Assembly (NCBI GenBank): GCA_963761335.1
Contig: CAVXGR010000013.1
Location: 128,001 to 192,000 of the forward strand
Source: an uncultured delta proteobacterium
GTDB taxonomy: Bacteria > Desulfobacterota > Binatia > HRBIN30 > BPIQ01
DNA: 64,000 nucleotides
Direction: 5' to 3'
Shown here: positions 51,552 to 62,328 of the stretch, one piece after another
How the letters are laid out: every line of letters begins with the position of its first letter
How positions within the stretch are numbered: the stretch's first letter is position 1
The notes under the pieces: generated by a model
Told to the model about the DNA's origin: nothing
Seen by the model: the letters and a program-made list of their open reading frames with translations, nothing else
Database searches by the model: none
Position numbers and translations under genes: made by a program

Positions 51552-51911
51552 TCAGGACCGCACGCCGACGCCGCTGAACAGTCGCTCGAGCTCGGCGACC
51601 GCGGCGCCGCTATCGAGCCCGGCCGCTCCCGGACGGGCAATCACCACCGTGCGGCTGCTCGGCAGCTGTGCGGCGCGATGTCGAAAGAACTCGCGGATCA
51701 TCCTTTTGACGCGGTTTCGCACGACGGCGTTCCCGACCTTGCGGCTCACAGTGACTCCGAGACGCGCCAGCCCACGATCCGCCGGAGCGCTGATCACGAC
51801 GAAATGGGAGCCAGTGCGGCGGCGGCCCCGTTGCTGTACGGCGAGAAATTCGGAGCGACGCCGCAGGCGCCGGTCCGCGGAAAACCCCTCGCGCCGCAGA
51901 GCCGCGCTCAG
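51552..51911 (-). CDS. rnpA: Ribonuclease P protein component; start uncertain (CTG 51911 or ATG 52100)
   Basis: 'RLRRRSEF', '[21 protein letters not shown]'. Confidence 0.9.
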   Translation of the reverse strand: MSAALRREGFSADRRLRRRSEFLAVQQRGRRRTGSHFVVISAPADRGLARLGVTVSRKVGNAVVRNRVKRMIREFFRHRAAQLPSSRTVVIARPGAAGLDSGAAVAELERLFSGVGVRS

Positions 51912-52066
51912 CCCGGCTGCTTGGCCGGAATCGAGACGGTCAGGCGCTTGCGGCCCTTGTCGCGCCGGCGCTTCAGCACCGCGCGCCCCCCGGGCGTAGC
52001 CATGCGGGTGCGAAAGCCGTGAGTGCGCTTGCGGCGTTTGTTGCTCGGCTGATACGTGCGTTTCAT
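51908..52066 (-). CDS. rpmH: 50S ribosomal protein L34 (absent from the ORF track)
   Basis: Translates to [52 protein letters not shown]; purine-rich SD upstream. Confidence 0.97.
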   Translation of the reverse strand: MKRTYQPSNKRRKRTHGFRTRMATPGGRAVLKRRRDKGRKRLTVSIPAKQPG

Positions 52067-52142
52067 TCCTCCCCCTGAGCGGCGGCGAGTGCGAAGTCAT
52101 TGCTCATCCGCCGGGCCACAGCGGCTGCGGCGGTAAGCAGGG

Positions 52143-52172
52143 AATATCAACACAGCTGCGCCGCCCTGTCAA
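52143..52172 (-). promoter_or_regulatory. Candidate sigma70 promoter of the rpmH operon
   Basis: Minus strand TTGACA followed at N17-18 by TGATAT/GATATT. Confidence 0.45.
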
Positions 52173-52190
52173 TTTGGCCGGCCGGGGCTC

Positions 52191-52451
52191 TCAGGCACCG
52201 GCCTCCGAAGCCGGAGCCCCCTCTGGCCCGGCCGCCGACTTGGCGGTCTTTCCGGGATAGGTTTTGGCGAAGTGCTCCTCGCAGAGCCCGCGGCGATGGC
52301 GGGGCTTGTGACAGCCCTCCGCGTTGCAGCTGGCGCGCCGCGGCTTCGGCAGCTCCCCGCGCTTCCACTGCGCGTAGTGGCGCTGGCAATAGCCCTTGGC
52401 CTGCACTTCTTTGTCACAGCTCGGCGCCTTGCACGTTTCTTCAGTTGCCAT
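52191..52451 (-). CDS. Small basic protein with two Cx4C-GxCxxH zinc-finger-like repeats (resembles myxobacterial vegetative protein)
   Basis: 'CKAPSC..AKGYCQRHY' and 'CNAEGC..RRGLCEEHF'. Confidence 0.65.
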   Translation of the reverse strand: MATEETCKAPSCDKEVQAKGYCQRHYAQWKRGELPKPRRASCNAEGCHKPRHRRGLCEEHFAKTYPGKTAKSAAGPEGAPASEAGA

Positions 52452-52458
52452 TGATCGA

Positions 52459-53463
52459 TCACCCCCAGATTTCAGGTTTGGACTGTCGCGACATCAGATC
52501 CCCAACCACTTGCAGCGCCGGCTTGTCCTCGTAGAGCAGCTGGCGCACTTGCTCGGCGATGGGCATCTCGACACCGGCACGGGCGGCCAGGGCGCCGACA
52601 GTCTGACTGTTTTTCACGCCTTCCGCTACCATGCGCATGTCCGCCAGGATATCGGCCAGCTTCTCCCCGCGCCCGAGCCGCAGCCCGACGCTGCGGTTGC
52701 GGCTGAGGTCGCCCGTACAGGTCAGCACCAGGTCACCGATCCCGGAGAGCCCCGCGGCAGTTCGCGAATCGCCGCCGAGGCGGGTAACCAGCCGGGCAAG
52801 CTCGGCCACACCGCGCGTGATCAAGGCCGCCCGGGAGTTGCTCCCGAAACCGAGGCCGTCGCTCACACCAGCGGCGATGGCGATCAAGTTCTTGACGGCG
52901 CCGCCCAGCTCGACGCCGACGACATCGGTGCTGGAGTAGACGCGGAAGGCCGGCGCCGAGAAGACGCGCTGTACCGTCTCCGCCAGGTCACCGCTCACGG
53001 CGGCCGCGGTCACCGCGGTGGGCATCCCGGCGGCGACCTCACGGGCGAAGCTCGGGCCCGACAGGGCCGCGATGCTGGCCAGGTCGTTCCGCCCCAGTGC
53101 TTCGGCAACCACCTCCGACATGCGCTTCAGTGAGCCGTCCTCGACACCTTTGGCGGCGCTGACCACGGGCACTCCTGCGGGCAGGTGGCGGGCCGCCTCC
53201 GACATGATCCGGCGGGCGACGTGAGAAGGGCTCACGTAGAGCACCAGCTCGCTCCGCCGCAGCGCTTCCTCCATGTCGTTGGTGGGGTGCAGGGCGTCCG
53301 GCAACGGCACCCCGGGCAGATAGACGCGGTTCTCGCGCGCCTCGGCGATGCCAGCGCAGACCTCGAGGCTGTGCACCCACATGTTCACCTGGTGACCGTT
53401 CTCGCACAGAAGCTTCGCCAGGGCCGTGCCCCAGCTGCCTCCTCCGATGACCGCGACTCGCAT
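52459..53463 (-). CDS. gpsA: NAD(P)H-dependent glycerol-3-phosphate dehydrogenase
   Basis: 'IGGGSWGTALA', 'SGPSFA', 'GGAVKN', 'GDLVLTC..SRN'. Confidence 0.96.
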   Translation of the reverse strand: MRVAVIGGGSWGTALAKLLCENGHQVNMWVHSLEVCAGIAEARENRVYLPGVPLPDALHPTNDMEEALRRSELVLYVSPSHVARRIMSEAARHLPAGVPVVSAAKGVEDGSLKRMSEVVAEALGRNDLASIAALSGPSFAREVAAGMPTAVTAAAVSGDLAETVQRVFSAPAFRVYSSTDVVGVELGGAVKNLIAIAAGVSDGLGFGSNSRAALITRGVAELARLVTRLGGDSRTAAGLSGIGDLVLTCTGDLSRNRSVGLRLGRGEKLADILADMRMVAEGVKNSQTVGALAARAGVEMPIAEQVRQLLYEDKPALQVVGDLMSRQSKPEIWG

Positions 53464-53662
53464 GGCTTGATGCGCGTTTCGCACAAACGCTCGGGGAAAG
53501 AAAGTGAACTTGCAATCCGCAGCTCTTTCGGCGCCGATTTGTCACAAACCACCGGCGAAGGGAAGTTGCCCGGCCCGCCGCCCGCAAAATGCGGAAAAAG
53601 CAACAAGCCCGCTGCCACTTACCGCCGAGGGCGGGTTTTGCGTCGGGCACCGATAAATCGCC

Positions 53663-53692
53663 TTGCAAATCTAAACTTTTCCGCCGTAGGAT
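53663..53692 (+). promoter_or_regulatory. Candidate sigma70 promoter for the dockerin-cohesin operon
   Basis: TTGCAA-N18-TAGGAT in an AT-richer intergenic region. Confidence 0.4.
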
Positions 53693-53714
53693 AGTGAGCT
53701 TGGACTTTCCGTGG

Positions 53715-55317
53715 ATGCGGTGTGGAGCGAAAAATCCGCAGTTGCGGAGACTCTGGAGTAGATTGTCATGGGCCATTTGGATTATCGCGCTGATCTTGGG
53801 ACCTGACGGCAAAGCGATCGGGAGCCCGCTGCTCGGCGCGCCCGGAACCTATTCCGTAGACGGGGCACCGGTGGGCATCGTGGCAGCCGACATCGATGCA
53901 GCGCCCGGTCTCGACCTGGCTACGGCAAACGAGGCCGGCGAGAATGGGCCGTCGTTGTCGCTGCTCTTCAACCGAGGCGCCGGCAGCTTCTTCCCCGAAG
54001 TCCGCAAGAATCTGGACGCCAATCGCTACATCTTGCATACCCTCACCAGCGGCGACTTCGACGGCGATGGTGACGACGATATCGCCGCCGCCGTGGACGA
54101 CATTACAGTCTTTCCCATCCGCGGCACGGTGCTCGTGTTTCTAAATGACGGTACGGGCCGGCTCAGCGCGCCCGATGCATATCCGATTTCCGGGCTCTTT
54201 CCGCAGTGCCTGGCTGCCGCGGACGTGACCGGCGACGGGATTCTCGACCTGGTGGCATGCGATTCAACACTCGAGCCGGTAACCGGCCTGATCTCCGTGC
54301 TTGTAGGCGAAAGCCTCGACGGAGTGCCCACGGGGGGCTTTCTCCCAGCGCAGGGCTTCGTCGTCGGGCAGAATCCGACAGAGATCTCCGTCGCCGACGT
54401 CGACGGGATCAACGGCGCGGACCTCGTGGTTGCCGACCCGGACGCTCGCAAGGTCTTCATCCTCTACAACAATGCCGGGCCAACTCTGTTCGACGCGCCC
54501 GTCGATCTCGCTACCGTCAGCGCTCCGTCAGCCGTCCTCGCCGCGCCGACAGGCGCAAGCGCCGCGACCGACGTGCTGGTGGCCAGCCTGAGCTCCGGTC
54601 AGGTACTGCTGTTTCCGCAGACCGGCTTCCGCACCTTCGGCGATCCCCTTCCGGTGGCCATGACGCGGCTGCCGGAAGCCCTCGGAATCGGCAGGTTCGA
54701 TGCCGACGAGATCGATGACCTGCTGGTGCTCAGTCGGGGGAACTCCGCAGTTGAGCTCTGGCTGGGGAACGGCGACGGCAGCTACAGCTTCGCCGAGAGC
54801 GCCCCGATCGCCAGCGGATCGGAAACCATGACGGTGGCCGACCTCAACGGCGACGGCATGCCCGACGTGGCGACCGCGTCGTCATCCCAAGACCAGGTGA
54901 CAGTGGTTCTGAGTGGCGCCGACGTACCCGCAACGCCGACAGAGACGCCCACCCCGACGGCCACACCGACGGCGACGGCTACCCCGACAAAGACGCGAAC
55001 CCCGACGAAGACACCCACGTCAACCCGGACCGGGACATCCACTCGGACCGACCAAGACTCTGACTCCGACCAGGACTCCGACGTCCAATCCGCTGTTCAC
55101 CCACACTCCAACCAAGCTCCCGACCGCCTCGCCGACGCCGACGAGAACGGCGCTCGGTCCTGGCGACGCCAACTGCGACGGCGCCATCAATCAGAAAGAC
55201 GTCGTCGGGGCGATCACCAGCATCTTCGTCCCCGGCTGTAGCGGCGCGGACGCAAACAGCGACGGCCGCGTTTCCGCCGCCGACGTGCTTCGCGTACTTC
55301 AGCTGATCTCTCAATAG
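53715..55317 (+). CDS. Secreted FG-GAP repeat protein with Thr/Pro linker and C-terminal dockerin-like domain (frameshift near 55048)
   Basis: Hydrophobic leader; about 7 'D(F/V/L)xGDGxxD' repeats; alternate frame ends 'GDANCDGAINQKD...ADANSDGRVSAADVL' (55162-55317). Confidence 0.75.
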
Positions 55318-55322
55318 GGCCC

Positions 55323-58300
55323 ATGACGAGACATAAGGATCCTGCAGTGTCGAGAATTAGACTTTGTTTCGCCGGACTGTTCCTGCTGGCACTCGCCTTC
55401 ACCTTCTATCCACAGGCGGCCCTGGGACAGACGTTCACCCCGACGGAAACGCCGACACTGACACCGACGTCGACGGATACGCCAACGGTCACGCCCACGT
55501 CCACGGATACGCCGACGGTAACGCCGACCTCCACCGACACGCCGACCTCCTACCCCGACGTCCACCGATACGCCGACGGCAACGCCAACCTCCACCGATA
55601 CGCCGACCGTCACCCCGACGTCCACCGACACGCCGACGACAACGCCAACCTCCACCGATACGCCGACAGCGACGCCGACCTCCACCGATACGCCGACCGT
55701 CACCCCGACGTCGACCAATACGCCGACAGTGACGCCGACCTCCACCGACACGCCGACGGTAACGCCGACCTCGACCGATACGCCGACAGCGACGCCGACC
55801 TCCACCGACACGCCGACCGTCACCCCGACGTCGACCAACACGCCGACAGTGACGCCGACGTACACGGATACGCCGACGGCGACGCCGACCTCCACCGACA
55901 CGCCGACCGCCACCCCGACGTCGACCAATACGCCGACGTGACCCCGACCTCGACGGACACGCCGACGGCCACACCCACTCAGACCCCGACCTCGACGGCG
56001 ACGCTACCAACACGCCGACGCAGACGCCCACCAACACCCCGACGCAGACGCCGACGAACACGCCTCAGATCGTTCACATCGACGTGGGTACCGGGACCGG
56101 CATCGCCAACAGCACCGTCGACATCACCACCACCCTCGCCACCTCGGGCCTGTCAGTCGCGGGCACTGGCAACGACATCACCTATGACAGCACCGCACTG
56201 AGCCTGAATCCCGCGGTGAACTGCTCCCTGAACCCATCCCTCACCAAGACCTTCACGGCGAGCGTGGTCGGCTCCACCGCAACCACGACGACGGTGCGCA
56301 TCTTCGTCCAGGGACCGCCCAATACGGCGATACCCGACGGACCGCTTTACACCTGTCAGTTCAGCATTCTGGCCGGCACTCTGCCGGGAACCTACCCACT
56401 GCAGAACTCCAACAAGCTGGCCCAGGATCCAAACGGATTCAGCCTGTCGCCGGTGGTCGGCAACGACGGTGCGGTGAACGTGTCCCTCATCGCGCAGACG
56501 CCCACCCCGACACGCACGCCGACGGTGACGCTGACGCCGACGATCACACCGACCTCGACGCCGACGAGGACGGCAACCAGTACGCCCACGTCGACCTCGA
56601 CGCCGACGCAGACGCCCACACAGACGGCGACCTTCACCAGCACACCGACCCAGACGCCGACGTCTACTCCGACCAGCACCGACACACCGACCCAGACGCC
56701 GACACAGACCCCGACCTCCACCAGCACCCCGACGTCGACACCGACGTCCACTCCGACCTCGACGGAAACGCCGACCGACACGCCGACCGATACGCCCACG
56801 AATACGCCGACGCAGACGCCGACGAGCACCTCAACGCCGACCGATACGCCGACGTCGACGGTGACGCCGACGAGCACCGACACCCCCACTGAGACGGCGA
56901 CGGTCACCGCCACTCCGACCGACACGCCGACAGCGACAGCCACGGACACTCCCACAGCGACCGACACGCCGACAGCGACGATCACCCCGACGGTTACCGA
57001 CACCGCCACGCCGACGGAGACACCCATATCGGTGGTGATCGAGGGAGGATTCGATGTCGGTCTCGCCGGGAGCAGCGTTCAGATCACCACCAGCCTGGAC
57101 AACGCCGGCTTCCTCGTCGCCGGCACCGGCAACGACATTACCTTCGACAACACGGCGCTCACGCTCGACCCGAACAGCTGCACTCTGGCCCCGGGGCTGA
57201 CCAAGGGGCTCTCGGCGAGCATCATCTCCACGACCGCGACGACGACGACTCTGCGGGTCTTCGTCCAGGGACCGCCGATCAACAACGACCCGATCGTCAG
57301 CGGTCCGCTGTACACCTGCACCTTCGGCGTCCTCCCCGGCACGTCTCCCGGCAACTATCCCGCTGGTCATCAGCAACACCGTGGCCGAAGATCCCGACGG
57401 AGCCGTGTTGCCCGCCGTCATCGGCACAGACGGTGCGATCAGTGTCGTGCTGGTGTTGCCGACGGCGACACCGACGCCACTGGCGCCGCACATCCAGATC
57501 GGCACCGACATCACCCTGGCGGGAAGCATTGCGCAGGTCACCACCAGCTTGCAGACCTCGGGCAACGTCGTCGCCGGCACCGGCAATGACATCACCTTCA
57601 ACAGCACGGCGCTGACCCTCAACCCGGCGAACTGCGTGGTGAGCCCGACTCTGACCAAGACCGTCGTCGCCAGCATCGTCGCCTCGACGGCGACGACGCA
57701 GACGGTTCGCGTCTTCGTGCAGGGACCGCCGATCAACAACGCCCCGATTCCCGACGGCCCTCTCTACACCTGCACCTTCAGCGTCCTGCCGGGGACGGTT
57801 CCCGGCAACTACCCATTGCTGAACAGCAACCCGATCGCCCAGGATCAGTTCGGCGGCAACATCGCTCCGGTCACCGGCGGTTCGGGATCGATCACGGTGG
57901 CGCTGGTGCTGCCCACGGCGACGCCGAGCAACACGCCGACGATCACTCCGACCTTTACGCCGACGGACACGCCGACGGTCACGCCCACGGTGACCCCGAC
58001 CTTCACCCCGACGGACACGCCGACGGTGACCCCGACCGCGACTCCGACCAACACGCCGACGTCGACGTCGACCCCGACCGACACGCCGACGAGCACCCCG
58101 ACCTCCACGCCGACGGACACGCCGACGGTGACCCCGACCGCGACTCCGACGTCGACCCCGACCGACACGCCGACGAGCACCCGACCGCGACTCCGACCTC
58201 CACGCCGACGTCGACCCCGACGACGACGCCGACCTATACGCCGACGAGCACACCCACACCGACACCGCCGCCACCAGTGCTCGATATCAGCGCCGTCTCC

Positions 58301-60130
58301 AGTAACGATCCGACGGCGAGCGGCGAGCTGATCACCTTCACCTTCACCTTCAGCAACGCGGGCGGCTTCACCACCGGAGTCCTCGTCGACGCCACCACGC
58401 CGGCGGGGACGACCTTCGTCTCCGCCAATCCGGCTCCGCTGAGCGATCCCGGCGTCGGCGGCACCGGCGCCGTCGAGTGGAGCGTCGCCGACCTCGGCAC
58501 CGCCACGGGCGGCGTGGTGACGATGACCGTCGAGGTCGATTCCCCGCTGCCGGACGGAACCCTGCTGGTGCTGACGGGGTATACCGTCAGCTCCGACCAG
58601 TCGCTGCCGGTGACCGGCCCGGACGTCACTGTCACCGTGCAGGCGGATCAGCCGTTCGCCCTGGTAAAGATCGACGACCCCGACGGCGTCGTTCCCGGCG
58701 GCACCCTGACGTACACGCTGACGGTCTCCAATCGCGATTCTCGCTCGATCGCCGGCCTGGTGCTGCGCGAGCTCTTCGACCCGAACCTGCAGATCGTCTC
58801 CACCTCGCCGGCGGCCGATCTCGGCACCACCGATCGCTGGTCGATGCCCTTCCTGCCAGCCGGTGGCAGCCGCACGGTGACGATCGTCGCCACGGTCAAG
58901 GACACGGTGGTTCCGGGGACGATCCTGCGCAACTTCGCCATCGTCAACGACGAGATTGGCCGCTCCGCCAAGGCCTATGAGGACACGCTCGTCCTCGATG
59001 CGGCGTCGCTGACCATCGACATCGACGATCTCCCGGATCCGGTGCAGCCGGGATCGCAGGTCACCTACACGATCAGCTATGCCAACGTGAGCGATCAGGC
59101 GCTGACCGGGGTCGTCATCCACGCGACGGTCGACCCGCGACTGACTCTCGTCTCCTCGAGCCCGGCCGCCGACGTGGGCAGCGATCTGAGCTGGACAGTC
59201 GGCTCGATGCCGGCGACCAGCACCGGTCTGATCTTCGCCACCTTCGACGTCAACGACTCCCTCGACGATCCCCCGGTGACCGCGGGATCGCTCCTGAAGA
59301 TGCGCGCCTGGATTGACGATGACGCCGGGCACCTGGGGAGCGCTTCCGAGGTCACCTTCACGTCGGACAACTCCGCCCTGCGCCAGTACACCCTCACTCT
59401 CACCGGGGCACCGCGCAATCTGCGCATCGGCGTGGTGACCACCGAGGTCTACCTCATCAACCTGCGCAACATCGGCGCGGTCGATACGACCAACGTGACC
59501 GTCTCCGACGCCCTGCCGCCGGGGCTGCAGTTCAGCCAATCGATACCGTCGCCGAGCAGCAATAGCGGCGGTCTGTTGACCTACCTGTTCCCCTCACTTC
59601 CCGCGGGCAGCACCAAGCAGATTCTGATCAAGGCCGAGCTGCTGCCGACGACCGTGGCGGGCACAGCGCTGACCAACACGGTCACCGTGACCGACGACCA
59701 GGGCAATTTCTCACAGGAGTCGTTCAGTGGCGGCGTGCGCGCCGGCACCGTGGCGACCCCAGGAAAGCTCCAGGTGATCCTCACCACCGTCAAGAAGGTG
59801 GTCGCCGGCAGCAAGCTGAAGTCCACTCTCTCCATCAGCAACGGCGGCCGCACTCCAGCCGAGGATGTCGTGCTCACGCTGGACGCCCCCGCGGACCTGC
59901 AGCTCTTCATCAGCATTCCGAATCCCACGTCCACGCAGACGACCGGCGGCCGCACCCTGCTCACCTGGAACTTCGCCTCCATCCCCGGACCGTCGAACCA
60001 GAAAGTCAGCCTGACGCAGCTGGTACCAGATACCCTGCCCGCCGGTACGATGCTCGATCTGAACGCCGCGGTCGTCGCTGGAGACGGGCGATCGGATCAG
60101 GAGAGCAAGACCGTCGAGGTACGCAACTGA
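55323..60130 (+). CDS. Scaffoldin-like secreted protein: signal peptide, Thr/Pro linkers, 3 cohesin-like domains, 5 DUF11-like repeats (broken by several frameshifts)
   Basis: ORF pieces 55323/56084/57381/58277 join colinearly; three ~140-aa repeats '[13 protein letters not shown]..VRxFVQGPP..GPLYTC.F.....PGxYPL..DG.I.V'; 'PGxxxTYTxxxxN' repeats. Confidence 0.7.
55449..55958 (+). repeat. Coding tandem repeat, about 17 x 30 bp (TPTxTPTSTD)
   Basis: ACGCCGACnnnnACGCCGACCTCCACCGAY-like units head to tail; unit 4 is 31 bp and unit 17 is 29 bp. Confidence 0.85.
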
Positions 60131-60143
60131 TGTCGCGGGCGAA

Positions 60144-60974
60144 GTGGCCGTCGGCGGCCACTTCGCCCCTCCTCTCGTGATCCCGCGGGCGCTCACCATT
60201 GCCGGTTCCGACAGCGGAGGCGGCGCCGGCATTCAGGCCGATCTGAAGACGTTCACCGTCTTCCGCGTCTTCGGGACCAGCGCCATTACGGCGCTGACGG
60301 CGCAGAGCACGGTCGGCGTCGCCGGCATCCACGTGGTGCCGCCGGAGTTCGTACGCCAGCAGATCGACGCCGTCCTCGGCGACATCGGCACCGACGCCGC
60401 AAAGACGGGAATGCTGGCTACCGCGGCAATCGTCCTCGAGGTGGCGCGGGCCGTGCGCGACTACCGCCTCGAGAAGCTCGTCGTCGATCCGGTGATGGCC
60501 GCCGAGAGCGGCGCCGCTCTTCTCGAGGCAGAGGCGCGCGACGCCCTGATGCGAGAGCTGGTGCCGCGGGCGGCGCTACTGACGCCAAACCGCGCCGAAG
60601 CCAGCGCCCTCGTCGGGGCACCGGTCGACAGCGTCGAGGACGCCCGCCGCGCCGCTCGGCTGCTGGTGCAGCGCGGCGCCCGGGCGGTCCTCGTCAAGGG
60701 CGGCCATCTCGGCTCGGGGGACGCGGTCGACGTTCTCGACGACGGGCAGCAGGTTCACGAGCTGCGCGCTCCGCGGCAGCCGGTCCGGCACACCCACGGA
60801 ACCGGCTGTCAGCTGTCCGCTGCCATCGCCGCCGGCCTCGCCCGCGGCGAGCCGCTGCTGGCAGCGGTGCACACCGCCAAGCAGTTCATCGACATCGCCA
60901 TCCGTCACGGATTGGCGCTGGGGGCCGGACACGGGCCCGCCAATCCTCTGGCCTGGCTCGACCGCGGGGACTGA
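60144..60974 (+). CDS. thiD: Hydroxymethylpyrimidine/phosphomethylpyrimidine kinase
   Basis: 'TIAGSDSGGGAGIQADLKT', 'KTGML', 'VDPVM', 'HTHGTGC'. Confidence 0.95.
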   Translation: MAVGGHFAPPLVIPRALTIAGSDSGGGAGIQADLKTFTVFRVFGTSAITALTAQSTVGVAGIHVVPPEFVRQQIDAVLGDIGTDAAKTGMLATAAIVLEVARAVRDYRLEKLVVDPVMAAESGAALLEAEARDALMRELVPRAALLTPNRAEASALVGAPVDSVEDARRAARLLVQRGARAVLVKGGHLGSGDAVDVLDDGQQVHELRAPRQPVRHTHGTGCQLSAAIAAGLARGEPLLAAVHTAKQFIDIAIRHGLALGAGHGPANPLAWLDRGD

Positions 60975-60994
60975 GCGCCGCGACGCCGGCGCCC

Positions 60995-61444
60995 TCACTT
61001 CGCCGGCTTCGCCTCCAGCATCTTCTGCAGCTCCGGCATGTGCTCCTGCACCCGCTGGGCGCCAATCTGGGCCGCCTTGCCGAGGAGATCCGGCATCTTA
61101 TCGGTGATCTTCCGGCCGACCGGGCTGCGGTAAAACGCGGCGATCTGCTTGAGCTCGGCCTCGGAGAACTCCGCCGTGTACAGCGACACCACCTCGTCGC
61201 GAAGGCTGTCGAAGCTCATATAGTCGTCGAAGAACTTGTGCAGAACCTGCTTCTTCGCCTGCAGTGCCGGGTTTTGCTGTAGCTGAACCTCGACCAGCTG
61301 ATCGATCGACATCGAGAACATCTGCTTCACCTTCATGGCATCGAGTGCGTCGACCGCGGCTTGGCGATGGCTGCTCTCGCTGGCGAGTGCCGCCGTGCCG
61401 AGGCTCAACAGTGCCAGGGCGATGAACCATTTGAACGACTTCAT
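60995..61444 (-). CDS. DUF2059 family exported protein
   Basis: Signal peptide; 'YTAEFSEAELKQIAAFYRSPVGRK'. Confidence 0.8.
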   Translation of the reverse strand: MKSFKWFIALALLSLGTAALASESSHRQAAVDALDAMKVKQMFSMSIDQLVEVQLQQNPALQAKKQVLHKFFDDYMSFDSLRDEVVSLYTAEFSEAELKQIAAFYRSPVGRKITDKMPDLLGKAAQIGAQRVQEHMPELQKMLEAKPAK

Positions 61445-61449
61445 GCTTT

Positions 61450-62193
61450 CTACTCCTCAGAAGAGTCTGCCCCGGGGCGCAGCTTGGCAAAGAATCTCTC
61501 GATGCGGGCCGCATTGGCACCGATGTCGCCCTTGCCGTCGCGCGACTTGGAGCGCATCTGCACGACGCTGCCCTGCTCGGCGGGAATCACGGTGATGACG
61601 AAGTCGTCGACGAAGCGGAAGACGCGCGTCGTCTCGGTGCCCTCCAAGGTTCGGTTTTGTTGATCGTCACGCGTGATCTTCCATCCGGGCATTCCACGCG
61701 CCACGGTTTCCACTTGGCCGAAAGCGGCATCGGCGGCCTGTGGCAGCACCAGGGGGTGCAGGCGCGGATAGCCGGACCGCTGCTGCTGCGCCATCGCCTC
61801 GCCAGCGTAGCTCATGTCGCGGCCGCGGTTGGCAGCGATCTGGTTCGCGGCCACGAACTCGGGAGGGTGCTGGGTGTCGGTACTGATGTCGTTGATGGGG
61901 GGATATTTGCCCGCTGGTACGGCGATGACAAGGAACACGGCGGCGATCACCAGAGCCGGCACCAGCGCCCGCAGCGCCGAGGCGCGGCTCTCTCCGCCGG
62001 CGCGGAAGACTGCCACGACTCCGAGAACCAGGGCGATGATGCCGAGAAATCCGCCGAGGGCGAAGAGCAGGAAGCCAATGTACGGTCGCACGATGCCAAA
62101 GTGGGCAAGGAGGGGGCCAAGAACGAACACCGCGACGCCGGCGGACACCAAGCGCCACGTCCACCGCACCGAACCTGGAAGCATTTCAGCCAT
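61450..62193 (-). CDS. DUF1499 family membrane-anchored protein
   Basis: 3 TM segments; 'PPINDISTD', 'FRFVDD', 'MRSKSRDGKGDIGANAARI'. Confidence 0.85.
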   Translation of the reverse strand: MAEMLPGSVRWTWRLVSAGVAVFVLGPLLAHFGIVRPYIGFLLFALGGFLGIIALVLGVVAVFRAGGESRASALRALVPALVIAAVFLVIAVPAGKYPPINDISTDTQHPPEFVAANQIAANRGRDMSYAGEAMAQQQRSGYPRLHPLVLPQAADAAFGQVETVARGMPGWKITRDDQQNRTLEGTETTRVFRFVDDFVITVIPAEQGSVVQMRSKSRDGKGDIGANAARIERFFAKLRPGADSSEE

Positions 62194-62328
62194 CGGTCAT
62201 CCTCTGCTCGATGCACGGTATGGATCGGCCGTGCGGCGGTACCTGCTCACACCCGCGGGTGCGAGTCAACGCCGGTTGTCCCTCGCGGGACCGGCAAGTA
62301 TTGTCGCGGCGGCGAGGAGGACACTGCC

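Noticed and set aside
53464..53714. oriC in the gpsA intergenic region
   Set aside because: No DnaA-box cluster or clear unwinding element seen by eye; it looks like a divergent promoter region.
55449..55958. 30-bp repeats as a CRISPR array
   Set aside because: Units are head to tail with no unique spacers, vary mostly at codon third positions, encode a Thr/Pro linker, and no cas genes are present.
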